This document shows positions 52,534-63,152 of a stretch of 64,000 nt of DNA, piece after piece; the stretch's first letter is position 1; every line of letters begins with the position of its first letter. Below the pieces are notes generated by a model. The model was not told where the DNA came from, ran no database searches, and worked only from the letters and a program-made list of their open reading frames with translations. The position numbers were made by a program, and so were the translations under genes. Source of the DNA: Phormidesmidales cyanobacterium (lineage in GTDB: Bacteria > Cyanobacteriota > Cyanobacteriia > Phormidesmidales > Phormidesmidaceae); contig JBBSOB010000001.1 of NCBI GenBank assembly GCA_038260205.1, positions 85 to 64,084 of the forward strand, in the 5' to 3' direction.

Positions 52534-52689
52534 GGGCCACTAACCCAAACGGCCTTTAGTTAGAAAGTTCTGACTGAAGGCTGTTTTTGTATGCGTTGAG
52601 CAGCAGACATCCGCTTGATTTCGCCAGCTTCGATACAATGTCAGCATCTAGGTACACAGATATCGTTCTTATCAGCAGCAATTTATATT

Positions 52690-52896
52690 ATGAAAAGCGA
52701 AGACCTCGCGAAATATATAGAAGCCACTGACAGCATGGGAAAGCCCTGGCTGCTAATTCAGCTACGGCTAGCCAAACTCAAAGAACGACGCGACGAGCTG
52801 AGTACTGAAGAGTTCAACGCGCAGCTTGCCGAACTGCATGAAGCGCTGATGAGACTAGGTGAATGGTGGGTCGGACAAGAACAAGACGTCTTTTAA
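52690..52896 (+). CDS. Small conserved-looking cyanobacterial hypothetical protein
   Basis: MKSEDLAKYIEATDSMGKPWLLIQLRLAKLKERR..LMRLGEWWVGQE, 68 aa, directly before ppk1. Confidence 0.8.
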   Translation: MKSEDLAKYIEATDSMGKPWLLIQLRLAKLKERRDELSTEEFNAQLAELHEALMRLGEWWVGQEQDVF

Positions 52897-52941
52897 GAAT
52901 TTTTCGAGTATCCGATTTTTTGAACATAAATTTTCAAACCC

Positions 52942-55239
52942 ATGAGCAAAGCTTCCAACGACTCCAAGAGCAACCGTCAGCTAGAAACCAAATCGGACGC
53001 CAAAGAAAAAGATAAGAAGGATCACAAGGTGGAGAGTAAGGCAGACAGTCAAAATAGTCGTAAAGCCGACAGCACACTGGAAGACACCTCAACCAAAGCT
53101 GCCGCCAATCGCGCGAGCGAAAAAATTCAGCTCGACAATCCCAAATGGTATCTCAGCCGAGAACTTAGCTGGCTAGAGTTCAATCGCCGTGTCCTTCACG
53201 AAGCATTAGATAGCCGCACCCCGCTGATAGAACGACTCAAATTTCTCGCTATTTTCAGCTCCAACCTAGACGAATACTTCATGGTGCGCGTCGCTGTCAT
53301 CAAGCAGCAAATCGAAGCCGAGGTCAATAAGCGAACACCCGATGGTCGCACGCCGACAGAGCAACTGCGAGATATTGGTAAACGGCTGCGCCCGATGATC
53401 AAGCAAGCTCACCAATTCTTTCAGCACGACTTGCGGCCTCAGCTACTAGAGCAGGGCATTTATCTGCTGGACTACGCCGATCTCAACGCAGAACAACGAG
53501 TCTATCTGGATCGATACTTTAAAGAGCAGGTGTTTCCTGTGCTAACGCCTCTTGCGGTTGATTCGGGTCACCCTTTTCCCTACATTTCTAATCTCAGTCT
53601 TAACCTCGCCGTCGAAATTCAGGAAATAGACGCGACCGAATCCCATTTCGCCCGTGTAAAAGTTCCTAAAGTACTGCCCCGGTTTGTTCAGCTTCCCACT
53701 AAGCTAGGCCCTAAAATGCCCGCAGAGGAAGGGAATAAGCCGGCCGCAGCTCACTGGGCAGGCGTACCTATGGAGCAGGTAATTTCGCATAATATTGCGG
53801 CTCTCTTCTCAGGCATGGAGGTTAAAGACTGCTATCCCTTCCGCATTACCCGCAACGCCGATCTTTCTGTAGAAGAAGACGAAGCCGATGACTTAATGCT
53901 AGCTATCGAGCAAGAGCTACGTAAGCGCAGAATTGGTGGCTCGGTTGTTCGCTTAGAGATAGAAACTGGCATGGAGCCGGGAATGCGGACGACCTTGATG
54001 AATGAGCTTAAAATTCAGGAAAAAGATGTTTACGAAATTGAAAGTCCCCTGGGTCTAGCTGATTTGATGAGCTTCATGAGCCTGCCTCTGCCTGATCTAA
54101 AGGACAATCATTGGACAGCCGTCACGTCTCCCTCATGGAAGGCAGCCATTAATGAAGAAGGCAGCAGCGTATTTTCGCTGATTCGGCGGAGCGATCGCCT
54201 CGTTCATCACCCCTACGACTCTTTTACTAACTCTGTCCAAGCGTTCATCACGCAGGCCGCTAGCGACCCCAGCGTCTTAGCAATTAAAATGACGCTGTAC
54301 CGCACCTCTGGCGACTCTCCCATCGTCAATGCACTGGTCAAAGCCGCTGAAAATGGCAAGCAGGTGGTCGCCCTAGTAGAGCTAAAGGCTCGCTTCGACG
54401 AAGAAAACAACATCAACTGGGCCAGAACGCTAGAACGAGCGGGCGTTCATGTTGTCTACGGACTGCTGAATCTTAAAACCCATACTAAGGTATCTCTGGT
54501 CGTTCGTCGCGAAGAGAACAAGATTCGTCGCTATGTCCATATTGGCACTGGTAATTACAATCCCAAAACGGCCCGTCTCTATACCGATATAGGGCTGATG
54601 AGCTGCCGCGAAGAACTCGGCACCGATTTGACGGATCTGTTCAACTATCTCACCGGCTATTCCAAGCAGCAGGACTACCAAAAGCTATTAATTGCGCCCA
54701 CCGGTTTGCGATCGCAAATGACCGAATTTATCCAGGCGGAAGCGGCGATCGCCAAAAGCGGAAAACCCGGACGCATCATTGTCAAAATGAACGCCCTAGT
54801 CGATCCTAAACTAATCGCCGAACTCTATAAAGCCTCCCAAGCTGGCGTAGAGATAGATCTCATCATCCGAGGAACTTGCTGTCTGCGTCCTGGAATTGTC
54901 GGCATCAGTGAGAACATTCGAGTCATCAGCGTTATTGGTCGCTTCCTCGAACACTCCCGCATTTTCTATTTCCACAACGACGGCGACGAACGCCACTACA
55001 TTGGCTCTGCCGACTGGATGCCCCGAAATTTAGATCGCCGAGTAGAGGCTCTTGTCCCTATCGAAGAGCCTGCTCTTAAAACCCGGCTTTCAGAGCTACT
55101 GCAAGTCTGTATGGACGATAACCGTCAAGCCTGGGATATGAAGTCAAACGGCACTTACGAGCAGCGGCGTCCCAAAAAAGGTGAACCCAATCGCAGCACT
55201 CACAAAGTACTGATGAAAAAGGCTTTGGCCCGAAAATAA
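52942..55239 (+). CDS. ppk1: Polyphosphate kinase 1
   Basis: SRELSWLEFNRRV, FSSNLDEYFMVRV, HHPYDSF, KMTLYRTSGDSP, KTHTK, GRFLEHSR, SADWMPRNLDRRVE. Confidence 0.97.
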   Translation: MSKASNDSKSNRQLETKSDAKEKDKKDHKVESKADSQNSRKADSTLEDTSTKAAANRASEKIQLDNPKWYLSRELSWLEFNRRVLHEALDSRTPLIERLKFLAIFSSNLDEYFMVRVAVIKQQIEAEVNKRTPDGRTPTEQLRDIGKRLRPMIKQAHQFFQHDLRPQLLEQGIYLLDYADLNAEQRVYLDRYFKEQVFPVLTPLAVDSGHPFPYISNLSLNLAVEIQEIDATESHFARVKVPKVLPRFVQLPTKLGPKMPAEEGNKPAAAHWAGVPMEQVISHNIAALFSGMEVKDCYPFRITRNADLSVEEDEADDLMLAIEQELRKRRIGGSVVRLEIETGMEPGMRTTLMNELKIQEKDVYEIESPLGLADLMSFMSLPLPDLKDNHWTAVTSPSWKAAINEEGSSVFSLIRRSDRLVHHPYDSFTNSVQAFITQAASDPSVLAIKMTLYRTSGDSPIVNALVKAAENGKQVVALVELKARFDEENNINWARTLERAGVHVVYGLLNLKTHTKVSLVVRREENKIRRYVHIGTGNYNPKTARLYTDIGLMSCREELGTDLTDLFNYLTGYSKQQDYQKLLIAPTGLRSQMTEFIQAEAAIAKSGKPGRIIVKMNALVDPKLIAELYKASQAGVEIDLIIRGTCCLRPGIVGISENIRVISVIGRFLEHSRIFYFHNDGDERHYIGSADWMPRNLDRRVEALVPIEEPALKTRLSELLQVCMDDNRQAWDMKSNGTYEQRRPKKGEPNRSTHKVLMKKALARK

Positions 55240-55316
55240 TCTGAAGACAATTTGTGGCAATAATCTATAGAAATAATCTCCAAAGATTATCTCCAAAGAT
55301 AGCTTGCAGAGGCAGT

Positions 55317-55532
55317 CTACTCGAACTTTTCTAGCTGATCTAACTTCAGCCAGGCATTAGGCGTTGGCACTCGGCCAAACTTCACCAGCGCATAGTCATC
55401 GCGAGTGTCTAGTATTTCGCCCCTCGTGTCAAACACGTATTTAGAAAGACGGCGATCGCTCGCTTTGGCTTCTACGCTATTCTCAAACTTTTCCTTCACC
55501 AACCGGACAAAATCGCCTTTCTTTACGGGCAT
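55317..55532 (-). CDS. ndhO: NAD(P)H-quinone oxidoreductase (NDH-1) subunit O
   Basis: [21 protein letters not shown]...[28 protein letters not shown]. Confidence 0.93.
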   Translation of the reverse strand: MPVKKGDFVRLVKEKFENSVEAKASDRRLSKYVFDTRGEILDTRDDYALVKFGRVPTPNAWLKLDQLEKFE

Positions 55533-55609
55533 TGCTTAACCACGCTCCACATCAACGTTTACTACGGCTTATTGTATCGCCTCTCAATTACGATCTGCCG
55601 CTGACATTT

Positions 55610-56521
55610 CTAGCGCTGACATTTTGGGCAATAATGCGCTGAGCGTCCGGCCAGCTTCAGTCGGACAATTTCACTACCGCATGTCCGGCAAGACTCGCCC
55701 TCACGGTCGTACACCCAGGCAACGCCACCATAGTTGCCGTTGGTTCCATGCACGTCCCTAAAATCGCTAAACGTGGTGCCGCCCGCTTCTATGCTGGCCT
55801 TTAGCACCTGCTGAATCGCCTCATGCAGTTTAATAATCCTTTTTTGACCGAGGCGATCGCACCTCACCTCCGGACGAATACCGCTGACAAACAGCGCCTC
55901 ATCCGCATAAATATTCCCCACACCCGCCACCAGCCTCTGATCGAGCAGCGCATTCTTAATCGGTCGCTTTCGCCCCTTCAGCGATCCGGCCAAATACTTT
56001 GCCGAAAAATCTTCCGAAAAAGGCTCCGGCCCCAGCCGCGTCAGCCCAGTCATCACCGACTCTATCGCTCGCCCAGGCGGCACCCACCAAAGTCGACCAA
56101 ACGTCCGCTGATCGACATAGCGCAGCTCTCGATTGCCCTCAAAAAATAGCCTGACTCGGCAATGAGACTGCACCGGCTCATCTCTGTTCACCCACAGTAG
56201 CTGCCCGGTCATCCTGAGATGAACCCCTAACCAGCCTGCCGCCTCACTCTCTTCACTGCGCTTACTAACCGGAGCGCTGCCTACAGAAGCAGCCATACCA
56301 GCAGCCGTAGAACGCGATCGCCGCAGCTCCGCCGTCAAATATTTACCGCGTCGGTGCCAACTCTCAATCCAGGCACCCGTTATACCTACCAAAAAGTCAT
56401 CAGCCAGCTCAGGGAATTCGATGGTACGTGCTAAACATACCTCGCCTCCTCGAACTGGCTGATTAAGTGAGACTCGATTAAGTCCCAAACGGACGGTTTC
56501 TACCTCAGGTAATTCAGGCAT
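55610..56521 (-). CDS. mutM: Formamidopyrimidine-DNA glycosylase
   Basis: MPELPEVETV, HLRMTGQ, H2TH motif GVGNIYADE, C-terminal zinc finger C..C...R..CPKCQ. Confidence 0.97.
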   Translation of the reverse strand: MPELPEVETVRLGLNRVSLNQPVRGGEVCLARTIEFPELADDFLVGITGAWIESWHRRGKYLTAELRRSRSTAAGMAASVGSAPVSKRSEESEAAGWLGVHLRMTGQLLWVNRDEPVQSHCRVRLFFEGNRELRYVDQRTFGRLWWVPPGRAIESVMTGLTRLGPEPFSEDFSAKYLAGSLKGRKRPIKNALLDQRLVAGVGNIYADEALFVSGIRPEVRCDRLGQKRIIKLHEAIQQVLKASIEAGGTTFSDFRDVHGTNGNYGGVAWVYDREGESCRTCGSEIVRLKLAGRSAHYCPKCQR

Positions 56522-56563
56522 TAGTCAACCTGCAATCCTTTAGCGGAGTTTTTGCCGCATCGT

Positions 56564-56869
56564 CTACTTCGTGTTGTCGCCTTCGCCAGGAATCTTGCCT
56601 TCAGCTACGTTAGTTGTTTTACTATTGCCTTTCTTGTTTTTAGAAGAAAGCGTGCCTGCCGCTGCCGACTTTTTAGGCGGCGCTTCCACTTCTACCAGCT
56701 CCGACTCCGCAAAGTTGTTAGTATTCACACCTGCGTAATTCACTAAACCAAAGCGCACTACCACAGGGTATTTGATCCCGCTTTGATCGACGGAAGCTAC
56801 CGAGCCAACTTGGCGGAACCAGTAGGACTCAGGACGAAGAATTCTAACCTTAGAACCACGCTGAACCAT
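56564..56869 (-). CDS. psaE: Photosystem I subunit IV (PsaE) with a C-terminal extension
   Basis: [49 protein letters not shown] followed by about 35 extra residues. Confidence 0.95.
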   Translation of the reverse strand: MVQRGSKVRILRPESYWFRQVGSVASVDQSGIKYPVVVRFGLVNYAGVNTNNFAESELVEVEAPPKKSAAAGTLSSKNKKGNSKTTNVAEGKIPGEGDNTK

Positions 56870-57156
56870 GAATACTAACCCTCTCAAAAATGTTAGACAA
56901 AAGACGCTTGCCTCAGCTTGCCTTTAGCGTAACTAAACAGGCTAACCAAAGAGCTACTTGCTATAAAGAGTACTACTCTGAGCGGCTTTGAACTCATTTT
57001 TACGGTTTAAGTTTTATTGCTAATAAACGATAATTTTTGCGAAGCCAGCCAATTTATATTTTTTGCGGTTACGCAAAGCCTCAGGGTTCTTCACCACCTC
57101 TCAGCACCTACTAACAAAAGAAAACTGCCAGGCAACCCTAACAGCTTTCTATCTAA

Positions 57157-57195
57157 ATAGATTTATAGGATAGATTTATGGAATAGGTTTATGGA
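57157..57195 (+). repeat. 13-bp tandem repeat x3 (ATAGRTTTATRGR)
   Basis: ATAGATTTATAGG ATAGATTTATGGA ATAGGTTTATGGA. Confidence 0.85.
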
Positions 57196-57276
57196 GCATC
57201 ATTTCGAAAAACGACTCCCTAAAGAAAAATACTAGGCGCTAGTAACGACCGCTACTGATAGCTATAGCATTACAGC

Positions 57277-58260
57277 TTAAGTGTTGGTCTCAGGCGATGA
57301 CAAAATGAGCGAGCTAGGAATATTGCCTAGCGCTGACGGTAGGGCCGTAGAAGCCGTAGGAACAGGAATAACGGGGACATTGGGCAGCAGCGTTTGATTG
57401 CCAGATATGGGAGGCAGCGGCGGCACAGGAACAGAAGGGGTCGAAACAGGTAGAGCAGGCGCAGGGCTTTCGGCTGGCGTACTCTCTGTGATCGATTTAG
57501 AAACTTCAATTCCGTTTTCTTCTAAAATTACTCTTGGCTCAAAGGCCAGCGTCTCAATCCGCTTGACGCGAACGCTACCTCCAGCAATGCGATCGCCCAC
57601 CTTTACGTACCGTTCTGGCTCGCTACCCGAACGTAAAATAGCGTAAGGTTCGTTCCCTAACTGAACTACACCCGAAACCGAAACCGCTTGAGCAATCACC
57701 GGCTGGGCCACCCGAGGCAATATTGCAATCGGAGAAGGGGTAACCAGGGCTCGATTAGCCGGTCGAACTCTGACTGGAGGAGGCGTGGGCGATCGCCTAG
57801 CCGTTACGGCGGCGGCCCCACCCCCATTTCTAGCCGGGCTGGTTCCAGCACTGGCACCTCGGCTAGCACCAGATCCTCCAGAACTAGTGATTCGGCTAGC
57901 ACCAGAGTTTTCCACGGCACTGCCATTACCCGCAGCGCCCACTGGCAGCTCAGCTAGCTCAGGGGGCGGCGGAATCGGTAGCGTCGCAAACGGATCGTTG
58001 CGGCTACGCTGAACCTTCAACGTCCGCGCACTCGCATCGGTTGATTTGATCAAGTCAGCAGAAACGGCGGCCCCTGCCGACTTAACAGTAGGATCGGCAA
58101 AGGCTTCAGCATCCTCAGCGCCAGTGGATAGACTAGAAACGGCCTCGCTAAGACTGGTCGGATCGAGCGGGTCGATCACGGCAACATCGGGGCCTTTAGG
58201 AAAAAACTGACATCCCGTTAGTGGAACAGTGGCAAGTGAAATGAGTAGCAAACGCCGCAT
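57277..58260 (-). CDS. Pro-rich lipoprotein, possibly pilus- or secretin-associated
   Basis: Lipobox VPLTGC, DPF motif (RNDPFA), and a compact beta domain VSGVVQLG..YAI..ERYVKVGDRI..VRVKRIE. Confidence 0.75.
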   Translation of the reverse strand: MRRLLLISLATVPLTGCQFFPKGPDVAVIDPLDPTSLSEAVSSLSTGAEDAEAFADPTVKSAGAAVSADLIKSTDASARTLKVQRSRNDPFATLPIPPPPELAELPVGAAGNGSAVENSGASRITSSGGSGASRGASAGTSPARNGGGAAAVTARRSPTPPPVRVRPANRALVTPSPIAILPRVAQPVIAQAVSVSGVVQLGNEPYAILRSGSEPERYVKVGDRIAGGSVRVKRIETLAFEPRVILEENGIEVSKSITESTPAESPAPALPVSTPSVPVPPLPPISGNQTLLPNVPVIPVPTASTALPSALGNIPSSLILSSPETNT

Positions 58261-58400
58261 GTTCTAATCCCTCCCAGGACTGGCTTGATGGTGAGCTAGA
58301 TTATCCTAAGTGCGCACACCGGCTTAGGATAGACAAAAAGCAGACAAAAATTAATGCGTTAATCAAAAAGCTAGCAATACTAATTGAAATACCGATAGAT

Positions 58401-59177
58401 TTAAGGTTCCCCAGCAGGCTGCATGATAACTTGCAAATGCTTCAGCCCTCTTTTAACCCGGCGTGAGACTGTCACAGAGCTGATACCTAATCGTTCGGCC
58501 GTTTCTTTTTGAGTCAGATCGTGTAGAAACACAAATTCAACGACTTCGCGCGTCCGCTTTTCTAGCTGCGAAAGCGCCTGCTGCAAGCGAATTTTATCTT
58601 CCTGTGCGAGCTGAAAACTGCGATAGCGAGCATCTGGTAGCAAATCGCCTAGAGAAGATGCCCCACCATCGTTTTCCTTGACTGGCGCATCCAGACTCAG
58701 GAGATTTCGATTGCTGCTAGCAATGCGTACCTGCTGCCATTCTTCTACCGTAATTTCCAGTTCATCCGCCACTTCTTGATCGCTCGGTCGTCGATTTAGC
58801 TCCTCTTGCAGATGGCGAATTGCCCTAGCCGACTGATTTTGCAGCGACTGCCATCGACGAGGAATTCTGACGACCGTACCGCGATCGCGCAGATAATGTT
58901 GAATTTCGCCTCTTATATAGGGAATGGCAAATGAGCTAAACGCATAGCCTTTTTGCAAGTCGAACCGCTCAGTCGCACGAATAAGCCCAATGCTACCCAC
59001 TTGCATCAAGTCATCAAACGTCTCGCCAGAGCTGTGCAACCACCGATGAGCTTCGCACCTGACAAGACCAATGTTTATTTGCACCAGCTGATTTCTCAGA
59101 AAAGGAGAGGGATTTTTTTGGTAGTTAGTGAGTATTTCGAGCGACTGACTTTTAAGTGCTTGATTAGAAGAAGGCAT
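58401..59177 (-). CDS. sigF: Group 3 sigma factor SigF
   Basis: NQLVQINIGLVR.EAH.W, DDLMQVGSIGLIRA.ERFD..KG..FSSFAIPYIRGEIQHYLRD, and region 4 LTQKE.A..LGIS.VTVSRR. Confidence 0.9.
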   Translation of the reverse strand: MPSSNQALKSQSLEILTNYQKNPSPFLRNQLVQINIGLVRCEAHRWLHSSGETFDDLMQVGSIGLIRATERFDLQKGYAFSSFAIPYIRGEIQHYLRDRGTVVRIPRRWQSLQNQSARAIRHLQEELNRRPSDQEVADELEITVEEWQQVRIASSNRNLLSLDAPVKENDGGASSLGDLLPDARYRSFQLAQEDKIRLQQALSQLEKRTREVVEFVFLHDLTQKETAERLGISSVTVSRRVKRGLKHLQVIMQPAGEP

Positions 59178-59721
59178 AGATTAAAGGGGCCTGCAAAAAA
59201 TAGCAATAGCCTCTTGGCAGGATGCGCACCCAGGGAAATAACGCCGCATGCGGCTAATAAAAATCCCAGCAGAGATGATGTACGAAAAATGTACTAAAAA
59301 AAGGAAGATGCCAAGTTGACCTTTCCAGCCTAGTTAAGGTTCTTTCTTCAAACAATCGCGTTTCTACGGAACTAAATACCTTTTGGTGCCACCAAGACAG
59401 CTTAGCCAATGCCCTTTTTTTGACTGATGCCAAATATATTTCGAGCGCACTCAACGCTGTTGGCAAAGGTCAAGCGATCGCGCGATCGCGCGTTACTTTC
59501 ATACTTTCTACACAGACCTCAAAGCACTCTAAATTAGATAGAGCAAGACAACAGAAGCGATAAGTCAGTAGAAAAAAGCAAACAAGCAATCAATAAAAAA
59601 GGAGACTATCCAATCAGATAATCTCCTCATTATTCAATCGTCTGAAAATTTAGACGCTGACTCTTTACTATTTAGGCTTGAGCTAAACCGCTAGCCAAAC
59701 AAAGCGGTTAGCTATGTAGAA

Positions 59722-60558
59722 CTACGTATCGTAGCCAGTCGCGATTCGACCGTAGAAAATGCCCTGCAAGCGCACGTCATCGGATGCCGTTGTACCCATA
59801 TCTGTGTCAGAAGGCTGCTCCGAAATAAAGGTTCCACCAATTTCGCCAGTTGCGCTATCTACCTTAGAAATCTGCAAGGAGATAGTACCTTCACCGACAT
59901 CAAACGCCTTCACATTTTCGCGGGAGAGATCGGCCGCATCTGCACGGGCCGGGAGGGCAACCGCGTTATCGTAACCGGTAGTCAAACCGCGTGCCTTCGG
60001 ATCTAAGAAGTTAGCAGTTCGGTAAGAAGGAACTCTAAAGCCGCCTTCAAAGTCGGTAGAAGTGGTTACCGCGTTCAAACCCGGTTGAGACTGGGCTTTG
60101 AGACCTTTAATAGTGAATAAAAACGGAATTTGCTCGCCGCCTGGGAGCCGAACGGTAATCGGCTGGAAATCCATCCCTAGCTTTGCACCAAAGAGGAGGC
60201 TGCCATCGGGTTGGAGTGTTACATCGCCGCTAATCTGTTCAATAGAAGTGGTGTAGCGCGTTAAAGGCTTACCCGGCACAAACTCAGCGTCTTTGCGCTT
60301 GTTTGACGACTCTTGCTTGACGAAGAAGCTAGTGGGTTCTAAGCAAAGGTCTACTAGCTTGTAAGTGATACCATCTTCGATGGGAATTTGGCCACGACGA
60401 GTTTCGTCTACCTGAGGACAGCTATTTGCCAGTCCGGTGTTACGAATTTGGTCGTAGGTGAGTGGAATGTCACCCGATGCAGTGGGTGCTTCGCTACAGG
60501 CAGTTAGAACACCTAAGCAAAGGGCAAAAAATGCAGCGAGCAGAGCGCGATACCTCAT
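59722..60558 (-). CDS. psbO: Photosystem II manganese-stabilising protein
   Basis: MRYRALL..lipoprotein-type leader, LTYDQIRNTGLANSCP, LCLEP, GMDFQPITV.LPGGE..PFLFT, FLDPKARG, EQPSDTDMG. Confidence 0.97.
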   Translation of the reverse strand: MRYRALLAAFFALCLGVLTACSEAPTASGDIPLTYDQIRNTGLANSCPQVDETRRGQIPIEDGITYKLVDLCLEPTSFFVKQESSNKRKDAEFVPGKPLTRYTTSIEQISGDVTLQPDGSLLFGAKLGMDFQPITVRLPGGEQIPFLFTIKGLKAQSQPGLNAVTTSTDFEGGFRVPSYRTANFLDPKARGLTTGYDNAVALPARADAADLSRENVKAFDVGEGTISLQISKVDSATGEIGGTFISEQPSDTDMGTTASDDVRLQGIFYGRIATGYDT

Positions 60559-60830
60559 GGTCAACCTCAAAGACGTTTTGATCGTTAAAAAAGTAAGGGA
60601 AAATTATTACCCTACTTTACACCGAGACCGCCCGGTTTGAGACGCTCAGGCAATCTCTGTAAAGGCTTGCACCGCTGACGACTAATCGCGTAGGCTCTGA
60701 CAGGTTGCTTAAGATTAAGTTTAAAAAAGTTCACATAAGCTGGCCACGCGCTCATTTAGACCAGAGCACTATCTGGCGACCCAATCCACCCCATCCATGA
60801 ATTATCCAAAAGGGCACAAAATAGGTGAGC

Positions 60831-61142
60831 ATGTCTGTCTCTTCTTCCGATTTACCCGAAGATCTCCAGCAGCTAACGCAGAGAGTCCGGGCCACCGCTC
60901 AGGTTCGAGCGGGCGACTGTATTGCGCTGTTAGAGCTGCTGCGACTGCTAGAGAGCCTGCATTTTGAAATTCGCGACACGCTGTTTCGCGATGCGCTGCC
61001 GGACAATCGCCAGCGTTTGTACCGACTGCTAAGAGATATTGAACAAGAAGGCGGCTGGCCTTACATTAAGCGAATGCAGTTGCTAGCGTTACTAGAGCAT
61101 TTAGATGAAGAGGGTAATGAAGTGGCTCAAGAGGATGTTTAA
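60831..61142 (+). CDS. Conserved-looking cyanobacterial hypothetical protein
   Basis: LLELLRLLESLHFEIRD..F..ALP.NRQ.LY.LL.DIE..GGWPYI.RM.L. Confidence 0.8.
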   Translation: MSVSSSDLPEDLQQLTQRVRATAQVRAGDCIALLELLRLLESLHFEIRDTLFRDALPDNRQRLYRLLRDIEQEGGWPYIKRMQLLALLEHLDEEGNEVAQEDV

Positions 61143-61475
61143 AGTCAGCGATAAGTAATCTGCGTACTTACTTAAAGCCTCTGTAATGCCACCGAGTTTT
61201 CAAATCTATTCTGCTGGCGACCTTCTAGGGTTGTAAACAATCAATACTTTTTAGGTGTCACAGCCGGTAGGTAAATTTTCTGAATCTCTGCGTAGGATAG
61301 CGGAGATTCTATAGATGTCTGTAGCGATCTGCTTAAGGGACATCAAAAACAGCGATTCAGTTTAAGTTGGGCAAATATGGTCTTCGGAATACGTTTTAGT
61401 GGTGAAAGAAGCGGGGCGCGCATTCAGCTAAAAAGCAGGCTCCACGTTGGTCAAGCCGCTCCAAAGGAGCCTTGC

Positions 61476-63098
61476 ATGCCTCAAATCTGGCGATCGCGCT
61501 GGCAGAATAATCGTTTTTTTAGCGCCCATTATCCCAGTCAGCTAGCCGCTAGCTTATTAGCTGGAACCCTGGCTATGATTGCCCAAGGAGCCATTTCAGC
61601 CCCAGTGCAGGCGGCCCAGCTCAACCGGTTTTGCCAGGTGCCTCAAGCAGACGCCGACCAAAAAGCAGCGCTTCGCGAAGCCGGTGCTCAAGGTGATGCC
61701 ACCGCCCAAAGTCAGTATGAGGCGATGTCGCAACAGCACGCCCAAGAAGTGCAGAACTGTCGCAAGTCTCAATGGCCAAAAAATCAGGGCGTTTGGCTGC
61801 GGCTGTATCCTTGTGACTTGCAGCCAGGCAGACTTGATGAGGTAATGGATCGAGTCGTGAACTTGGGGTACAACCAAGTCTACATTGAGGCCTTTTCTAA
61901 TGGGCAGGTGCTGCTGCCAAAAAATAATAATCCGACGGTTTGGCCAAGTGTGGTTCAAGCTAGCGAGTATGCGGATAGGGACTTGTTGGCAGAAGCGATC
62001 GCAGCGGCCAAAGAGCGCCATATCAGTTCCCAAGCCTGGTTATTTACCCTAAATTTTGGCTACTCCTACGGCCAGCGATCAGATAGCAGACAGGTACTTG
62101 CTCGTAATGGCGCGGGAAAAGACACCTTAGATATCTACGATGCTGGCAACAGCGGCACCTCTGAAGCGGCCTTTATCGATCCGTACAACCGTCAGGCGCA
62201 AGAAGACTATTTGCGAATGGTGCAGGCCGTAATTGCGCGAAAACCAGACGGCGTTTTGTACGACTATGTGCGCTACCCTCGTTTGGTCGGGGCGGCTTCG
62301 GTGGTTGATAAAGTTAAAGATCTGTGGATTTATGGCCCCGCTTCGCAGCAGGCGTTGATTCAGCGCGGCGGCAACGGCAAAGGCACCGAACTTATTCGTC
62401 GCTTTTTGGAGCGCGGATATCTCATTGATAGCGACATTGCTCAGACCGACAGCCTTTATCCGACCGAGGGCGAACCCCTTTGGCAGAGTCGAAATCCGCC
62501 TGCAGTTGCTCCCAAAGATTTGGGTTCACCGGCTTCTAGGCGGCCAGGTCTGCAAGAAGAACTTTGGCGGCTGAGCGTTGCCCACGCTATTCAAGGCGTT
62601 GTTGATTTTTTGCAGATAGCGGCCACCCCCACCAGACAGGCCGGATTGCCCGCTGGCGCAGTCTTTTTTCCAGGTGGAAATCGTGCGGTCAACAGCGGCT
62701 ACGATTCTAGATTGCAGCATTGGAATCGGTTTCCTAGCTGGATAAATGCCTATCCTATGTCCTATGCCGTCTGTGGGAATAACAACACCAGCTGCATTGT
62801 GGATGAGGTGAAGCAGGTGCTGAAAGTACGCAGCGCGGCCACCGTAAAACCAGCGATCGCAGGCGTATGGGGATCGAACCGCGATCGCCCCTCATTGGAA
62901 GCTCAAATGGATGCGCTTAAAAGCGCCGCTCCTCAGATTGATACGGTGAGTCATTGGGCCTTTGGCTGGCAGGACGCGGAGTTTGATCGCCAGCGCAAAT
63001 TCTGTAGTGCGCCGCAGAGCGTCAATCGAGATTCGATTTTGAGAAACAGAGGCAGTGAGGAGCAGATGAGCAGTCAGCCGCTTGGCGAGTCTGAGTAG
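61476..63098 (+). CDS. Glycoside hydrolase-like family 10 (DUF187/GHL10) exported protein
   Basis: AAGGAG RBS and ATG at 61476, signal-like segment, GVWLRLYPCD, GYNQVYIE.F, FIDPY, DGVLYDYVRYP. Confidence 0.75.
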   Translation: MPQIWRSRWQNNRFFSAHYPSQLAASLLAGTLAMIAQGAISAPVQAAQLNRFCQVPQADADQKAALREAGAQGDATAQSQYEAMSQQHAQEVQNCRKSQWPKNQGVWLRLYPCDLQPGRLDEVMDRVVNLGYNQVYIEAFSNGQVLLPKNNNPTVWPSVVQASEYADRDLLAEAIAAAKERHISSQAWLFTLNFGYSYGQRSDSRQVLARNGAGKDTLDIYDAGNSGTSEAAFIDPYNRQAQEDYLRMVQAVIARKPDGVLYDYVRYPRLVGAASVVDKVKDLWIYGPASQQALIQRGGNGKGTELIRRFLERGYLIDSDIAQTDSLYPTEGEPLWQSRNPPAVAPKDLGSPASRRPGLQEELWRLSVAHAIQGVVDFLQIAATPTRQAGLPAGAVFFPGGNRAVNSGYDSRLQHWNRFPSWINAYPMSYAVCGNNNTSCIVDEVKQVLKVRSAATVKPAIAGVWGSNRDRPSLEAQMDALKSAAPQIDTVSHWAFGWQDAEFDRQRKFCSAPQSVNRDSILRNRGSEEQMSSQPLGESE

Positions 63099-63152
63099 AT
63101 GAGTAAGTAGGTAGCTAGGTAGGTGTGGGTGGGCTGGGCAGGTTGAGGGCAT

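Noticed and set aside
55610-56521. Ala/Ser-rich insertion in MutM (RSRSTAAGMAASVGSAPVSKRSEES)
   Set aside because: It falls in a variable loop with all catalytic motifs intact, so it is likely ordinary lineage variation.
59474-59489. Tandem HIP1 forming a 16-bp palindrome upstream of sigF
   Set aside because: HIP1 is so abundant that an adjacent pair is not convincing evidence of a special element.
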